A stretch of 29,002 nt of DNA, from the IMG/VR virus record IMGVR_UViG_3300049228_000101, positions 1-29,002 of that record; one strand, written 5' to 3'. Position numbers and translations under genes: made by a program. The stretch is from a virus. Its lineage: Duplodnaviria; Caudoviricetes. The notes under the pieces were generated by a model. The model did not search any database, was not told where the DNA came from, and saw only the letters and a program-made list of their open reading frames with translations. Shown one piece after another: positions 24,198 through 29,002 of this stretch. Position 1 is the stretch's first letter. The number at the start of each line of letters is the position of its first letter.

Positions 24198-25361
24198 TTA
24201 TGCCTCTTCTTCTTTTATAAATTGATCTTTAGATAAATTTGTTAAACACGGTTTATTTAAAAATTCATTGTCGTTTCTTTTTTGTGTCATCTTGTCGAAT
24301 TTCCAAGAAAGATATCCAGTATATTTACAATCATCCCAGTATTTTTCGCATAATGAGTAGACAGTATTTTCAAAGAAATTAAATGCCGCTTGGTGGTTAT
24401 TATTTGTCATGAAATGAACAAGAGCCTTGTTAAACCATTCAAAGTTATGCCAATCAAAAGCAGAAGAGTTCATACTGTCTGTAAGACGTTTGCCTTTGAG
24501 AATATACCAACGAGCGACAGAGCTATGCTCTGATTTAATATGAGCCTTAAAGTCCTCCAAAAGAGAGGCCTCGTTCGCTGGCAACATAACTCCTGCGTTA
24601 GCAAGATTTGTAATAAGCCAACAACTTCCACTTTGTTCTTTTTTCTTTCGCTGAGCCTCATAAGTTGCGTTTTCTTCTGCGAGCCCTTTGGCACGAGCTG
24701 CAGCAATCTCCATACTCTGGTTGTGCTGGCTTTGTGCAAGTTGATTTTGTCCACCTAGATCGGATTGCCTAGCTCCAAGAAGAGTTGTTTGAAGACCAGT
24801 CTTAGCACCTTCACTCTGTGCACCAAGATCAAGAAGACCTTGGCTAAGTTTATTCTGGATATCTGCCTCACCGCGGTTCTTACCAAGGCGAGCTTGCTGA
24901 GCCTGCGCCATTTGAGCTTCTGCTCCACCAGCTGCGATTCTCTCACGAGCACCGCCAGATAACCCGCCACCCATAGCAAGCTGTGAGTATGCGTTTGACT
25001 GTGCTCCAGAGCCTGCAATAGCCTGATTCTGTAGTTCGTCATTTAACTGGTTAGCAAGTTTGGTATTGCCTTCAGCCGCTGCCTGTTGTGCCTGCTGTTT
25101 AAGAAGAGCGTACTGAGGCAAATCCCCAACAGTGTTGGCCTGACCAAGAAGCGTTTTGTATTCGTTGGTGTCAGCAATACTTGAGTACTGGGGACGTGTG
25201 TCTATGAGCTTTTGAAGAGAATCGTCTTTTGCTGTTTGTGCGTTTCTCTCAGAAGCTCGTGCATTTGAAAATTCTAAAGCTCTTCTAGCTTCTTTGGAAT
25301 CTTTTTTATACTTCTTACCATTGATGTCGATTAACTCGACTTTTTTTCCGCCAAATCCCAT
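24198..25361 (-). CDS. Ejection/pilot-like protein with a distinct C-terminal CFI-box-like domain
   Basis: Gln/Ala/Gly coiled N-terminal ~240 aa, then SGSCWLITNL...LEDF...RWY..KG..L in an aromatic-rich domain. Confidence 0.65.
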   Translation of the reverse strand: MGFGGKKVELIDINGKKYKKDSKEARRALEFSNARASERNAQTAKDDSLQKLIDTRPQYSSIADTNEYKTLLGQANTVGDLPQYALLKQQAQQAAAEGNTKLANQLNDELQNQAIAGSGAQSNAYSQLAMGGGLSGGARERIAAGGAEAQMAQAQQARLGKNRGEADIQNKLSQGLLDLGAQSEGAKTGLQTTLLGARQSDLGGQNQLAQSQHNQSMEIAAARAKGLAEENATYEAQRKKKEQSGSCWLITNLANAGVMLPANEASLLEDFKAHIKSEHSSVARWYILKGKRLTDSMNSSAFDWHNFEWFNKALVHFMTNNNHQAAFNFFENTVYSLCEKYWDDCKYTGYLSWKFDKMTQKRNDNEFLNKPCLTNLSKDQFIKEEEA

Positions 25362-26311
25362 TAGTAAATCCCCATCCTATCTTGATCCATGTAAGAACTT
25401 AAGTCCTGTTCAACCTTATCATCCTGGTCTGGAACCATGTTTGACAAGGTTTCTAGCATTTGTTTTTTAATCTCCAGAAGCGTCTCAACCTCGATCTGTA
25501 ATCGAGGGTTGCCAACTTCCTTCTTTACACAGTTTACCACCATGAATTGAGCTATGAAATGCCAGAACTCAGGAAAATCAATAAGGTCAGTTGTAGATGT
25601 GGGAACCGATGCGTTTCGTATATACCAAACAAGTATTCTTGGTTCTGTGAACGTCAATGAAACAGCAGCTCCTGTGGCCACAGCATTCTCTGTCATAGTG
25701 ATTTGAGTAGGAGAGTCTACAGACTGGATACGTGTTCCATCAACCACTCCGGTTCCAGAAACAAAATACTCTAACTGAAGCCCGGTGGTATCAGTCATTG
25801 TGACTATCGGACTTCCAAGTGTTGTTGCGCACGTTCCAGTGTTGGCTACCGTATATACAATAGAGCTTTCAGTTGGAGTCGGGAACACACGCATTCTTGT
25901 CCCAAGTCTTGGGTCAAGGTTCACAAGCATGTAGCCATAGTACGGTGGCGAGCCTGTAGGGTAGCGTCTTGCAAGCTCACCTTCCTCAAATCTATACTGC
26001 CTTGTTAGACGCTTGATGTCGTACAAGAATGCGTCTTTGGAGTACATGATTCTAAGGATTTTATTTCCATACATAAGAGAGGGCAGATTGTAGTCAGATT
26101 GGCCAACTACAAGCGGTATTGACGCTTGAGCAACAAAGTACATATCCTCAATATTGAGCTTGTGAATCTCTGACTCACAGTACCTAATTGCTTCTTCGCA
26201 GTATGAGAGCATCTCATCTCTTGTAATGAAATCCTCATCTCTAAGGTCAAGCTTATCTTGAACAAATGTCTGAATCTCGCCGTATGTTTTAAACGCCATA
26301 GCTTCCCCCAA
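25361..26311 (-). CDS. Head-tail adaptor / tail tubular protein A-like
   Basis: TYGEIQTFVQDKLD...E...Y..EA, LV.GQSDYNLP, RVFPTP, WY...P.......FPE pattern. Likely start at MAFKT. Confidence 0.7.
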   Translation of the reverse strand: MGEAMAFKTYGEIQTFVQDKLDLRDEDFITRDEMLSYCEEAIRYCESEIHKLNIEDMYFVAQASIPLVVGQSDYNLPSLMYGNKILRIMYSKDAFLYDIKRLTRQYRFEEGELARRYPTGSPPYYGYMLVNLDPRLGTRMRVFPTPTESSIVYTVANTGTCATTLGSPIVTMTDTTGLQLEYFVSGTGVVDGTRIQSVDSPTQITMTENAVATGAAVSLTFTEPRILVWYIRNASVPTSTTDLIDFPEFWHFIAQFMVVNCVKKEVGNPRLQIEVETLLEIKKQMLETLSNMVPDQDDKVEQDLSSYMDQDRMGIY

Positions 26312-26615
26312 AGAATCTTATTGTACATGGACCAGTTGTTGTAAACACAACGTTTTCCTCTGTAAAATTATCATATAAGAACGTAACTGTTTGTCCATTG
26401 CTGATAGATGTCAGCAAAATATCAAGCGGCCTAAACCCTAAGTTATGTGGCATTGCCAGGGCCGTTACAGCAGTTGTGACTGTAATGGTTAGAAATTGGA
26501 AATTAGATAGCAAAATAGCTTGAGCAATCAGGTACTCGTAGTTCCACTGAATAGACTCCCTGACTCTCTCATCTTCAATAGCGTCAAAAAGTGGTCTTCT
26601 TAAAACTACACTCAT
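26289..26615 (-). CDS. Small virion structural protein
   Basis: HNLGFRP.D motif common in phage tail and neck proteins. Coupled to both neighbours. Confidence 0.65.
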   Translation of the reverse strand: MSVVLRRPLFDAIEDERVRESIQWNYEYLIAQAILLSNFQFLTITVTTAVTALAMPHNLGFRPLDILLTSISNGQTVTFLYDNFTEENVVFTTTGPCTIRFFGGSYGV

Positions 26616-29002
26616 GATGGGTTAGATCCTGCCACAACACCTTGGTAATTACTTTGAGATGAACCCATGACTTCGTAGTACACAGAATATTCCACAAGAT
26701 TTGTGTAATTGTTAATTGGATAGCCACTCATAACCCACTCAGCTGAAACCCCAACAGGAACAGTGTTTAACGGGTCAAGAAATGTAAATGACAAGCTTGA
26801 TCTTGAAAGTACCTTGTACTGAGCTGTGTAGTTATCAACAGCAAACGAAACCCAGTACTGGTGAAGGTCAACTGGAAGAACACGTAAAACAGTCATGATC
26901 TTCGTATTGTTACTTCCAGAGCTAACAACACCTTCTGGGTAGCTTGTGGAGTTGTGTATGATTACAAAAGCGCTGTTGATGTGTACTTGCTTGTATTCAC
27001 ATCTTAGGCCGTACTTGGGGAATCTTCGCATTTCATCAACCATCTTTTGACGGCGCTGATAGAGTCTTGGATCACCGTAGGAAATAAGCGGAGTTCCCCA
27101 ATAGTAGAACGTGTTAGCTACAACGTTCTTAAGTTGCCAAAGCAGGCTATCAAGATCGTTCTCGCCATATGGCGTTGCAGCAATAACGGCGTCGACATCG
27201 CCTCTGGGCCTAAATTTAAGCAAAAGAGTATTAACCCATTTACGAAATTCAGTTGTCCCCATATCGAGCGCTGGACCACTATAAGAGTTAAGGATACTTA
27301 ACTTAAACGGAACAATAGCTGTTGCCCCTGCAACCCCATCAATTGCTGTATCTATCTGAACATCATGTAAAACGTCTTCATCATAGTTAAGTGTAAACCC
27401 ACGACCGTCGCCTTGCCATATAACGTCATTTGCGTTTAGTAGGCACGATGGTTGAAAATTTCCATAGAAATCTATGCCAAGCGGTACGTTTCTAAAGAAC
27501 TGTGTAGGTACAGTGCCAGATCCAATTGAGACATTTGTTGTGAATTGTGTACCACTATCAACACTAACAACATAAGCGTCGTAAGTGTTATCAACGGTTC
27601 TAACAAAATCCCCGACCTCAATACTTGCGGTAGATCCGACTGTAACGGTTGTTCCAGAAACAGATGGAGAAGATATAAGGTAAGGACCATCTCCTGAATA
27701 TCCACTAGACCAAGTGGTAAACTTGTTGGCAGGCTGGTACATGCAAAATATTTTACCGTTCTCTGTACCGCTATCACCGTTAGGATCGTTAGCTGCCCAA
27801 AGAACTCGTTTATTAATGCCGTCGTATACACCATATATTCGCTTTTTTTGAAGATCGTTTTGTACGCTTCTTGCGTACGTTACCTTGAAGTCTTCAGCAG
27901 AAAGAGATGTGATGTTATACCCATCTGTAAAATAGAACCCGTCATTACCAGCGAAATACAAACCAGAAAGAGTTTGAACAATTGATAAATGACCTACGCA
28001 GCCAACTTTATCTGAGATCTTTCTTGGGAACATTCCACCACGTCCTGATGAATCAAATGTCCCATCAAGACGGTATACTGAGTTTGCTCCGAAAATAATC
28101 GGCACTGACTTAATTGAGGATATCCCAGTAATGGGTTCTTCTATGTCTGTGAAGAATGTTGCAGGAACAGAATCAGGATCGCCACGATTTGATTGCCACA
28201 CACGCTGGGGGATATACTCACCATCAGCTCCAGTTACGCCTACTTCGAATCCGTTGGCGTAGTAAGTAAAATCGGATGTGGAGTGGATATAATGCGCTTT
28301 AGGCGGTCGATCGTTTGCCAGTATTCCACCAGTTGTGTAAATTGTAACACCAGCAGTAACAAGAGTATTATCAGGGGTAGTGTCTGAATATGTCGTTGTT
28401 CCATTTGTAACTTCCCCTACATAATAAAGAACAGACCCAGCATTTGTTGTTCTGTAAACTTCAACTTTAATTGTTGCAGTATCGTAATGTTCACCCGTAG
28501 CGTTAGTTAGTACAGGTATTGAGCCAACTGTAACGCCTGGTGAGTTTGCAGGATTTGCAGTACCAATGTTTGTGAATGTTTTAAGTACAGGTCTACCACG
28601 ATCAACGTATTCTGTTGTTCCAACGTTGTAGGTGTACTTGTAAACAAGGGCGTATATGTAATCAGCCCCAGCACCACCTGTTGCAGTATATGTGTTTGCT
28701 ATAACTGGAAGACCAGTTGTTCTAAGTTGAAGGACTCCGCTACCGTCTCGGAAAACTTTTACAGGTATCTGGTATGGAGATGCGTGTGTGATGTAGGTGT
28801 GGTTGTTCCACTCAGAGAATGCAAACGCAACCATCTCATCCATACCAACAATATCAAATGCAGAAGCTGACCCTGGGCCTACAAGTTCCACTTGAGTTGT
28901 TCCATTGTCGTAGAAAAGCTTGGTAGATGACTGTTTTAGTATTGTAAAATTCGCAGCCACACCTGTTGTCTGAGGAGCCATAATGCCAATGCGCTTCTCT
29001 GT
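26612..29002 (-). CDS. Tail nozzle / tubular protein B-like stabilisation protein (5' end outside the window)
   Basis: The frame is open to the window edge (TEKRIGI precede M at 28981). Beta-rich, with VYRT, VGCVGHLSI...LYFAG.DGFY.TDG propeller-like repeats and DMGT..FRKW. Confidence 0.75.
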   Translation of the reverse strand, partial: TEKRIGIMAPQTTGVAANFTILKQSSTKLFYDNGTTQVELVGPGSASAFDIVGMDEMVAFAFSEWNNHTYITHASPYQIPVKVFRDGSGVLQLRTTGLPVIANTYTATGGAGADYIYALVYKYTYNVGTTEYVDRGRPVLKTFTNIGTANPANSPGVTVGSIPVLTNATGEHYDTATIKVEVYRTTNAGSVLYYVGEVTNGTTTYSDTTPDNTLVTAGVTIYTTGGILANDRPPKAHYIHSTSDFTYYANGFEVGVTGADGEYIPQRVWQSNRGDPDSVPATFFTDIEEPITGISSIKSVPIIFGANSVYRLDGTFDSSGRGGMFPRKISDKVGCVGHLSIVQTLSGLYFAGNDGFYFTDGYNITSLSAEDFKVTYARSVQNDLQKKRIYGVYDGINKRVLWAANDPNGDSGTENGKIFCMYQPANKFTTWSSGYSGDGPYLISSPSVSGTTVTVGSTASIEVGDFVRTVDNTYDAYVVSVDSGTQFTTNVSIGSGTVPTQFFRNVPLGIDFYGNFQPSCLLNANDVIWQGDGRGFTLNYDEDVLHDVQIDTAIDGVAGATAIVPFKLSILNSYSGPALDMGTTEFRKWVNTLLLKFRPRGDVDAVIAATPYGENDLDSLLWQLKNVVANTFYYWGTPLISYGDPRLYQRRQKMVDEMRRFPKYGLRCEYKQVHINSAFVIIHNSTSYPEGVVSSGSNNTKIMTVLRVLPVDLHQYWVSFAVDNYTAQYKVLSRSSLSFTFLDPLNTVPVGVSAEWVMSGYPINNYTNLVEYSVYYEVMGSSQSNYQGVVAGSNPS

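Noticed and set aside
1-29002. Stop-codon reassignment or a diversity-generating retroelement
   Set aside because: Core genes are full length in the standard code and end in TAA, TAG and TGA. No reverse transcriptase or template/variable repeat pair is visible.

Overview
A 29 kb piece of a tailed dsDNA phage genome (podovirus-like, judged by tail-tube and ejection-protein genes), read in the standard genetic code. From left to right: (1) a packaging block on the minus strand: portal N-terminus, terminase large subunit and a likely small subunit (1-2858). (2) A GT-A-type glycosyltransferase divergent from a stand-alone Fis-type HTH gene. (3) A tightly coupled minus-strand array of about 20 small accessory genes (4275-9970), including two lipoproteins, two DUF2829/Tad2-like proteins, an Ead/Ea22-like protein and an HNH-NUMOD1 endonuclease. 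(4) A non-coding control region (9971-10472). (5) A plus-strand operon of exported proteins and lipoproteins behind a sigma-54-like promoter. (6) A catalytic-domain-only tyrosine recombinase, followed 27 bp later by a perfect XerD-type dif half-site and an iteron-rich putative origin. (7) A replication/recombination block: Prim-Pol/helicase, Cro-like HTH, Sak4-like ATPase, DUF669 SSB, SF2 helicase, VRR-NUC and YqaJ. (8) A minus-strand virion block of tail tubular-like and DNA-ejection proteins. The best candidate for an undescribed system is the 'mini tyrosine recombinase + XerD half-site + origin' cassette at about 11.7-12.6 kb. Other notable items are the sigma-54/IHF/Fis-HTH control of the lipoprotein operon, repeated apparently leaderless genes, a CFI-box-like domain on an ejection protein, and an unannotated 31-aa micropeptide. 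All family assignments come from motifs recognised by eye; no database search was run.
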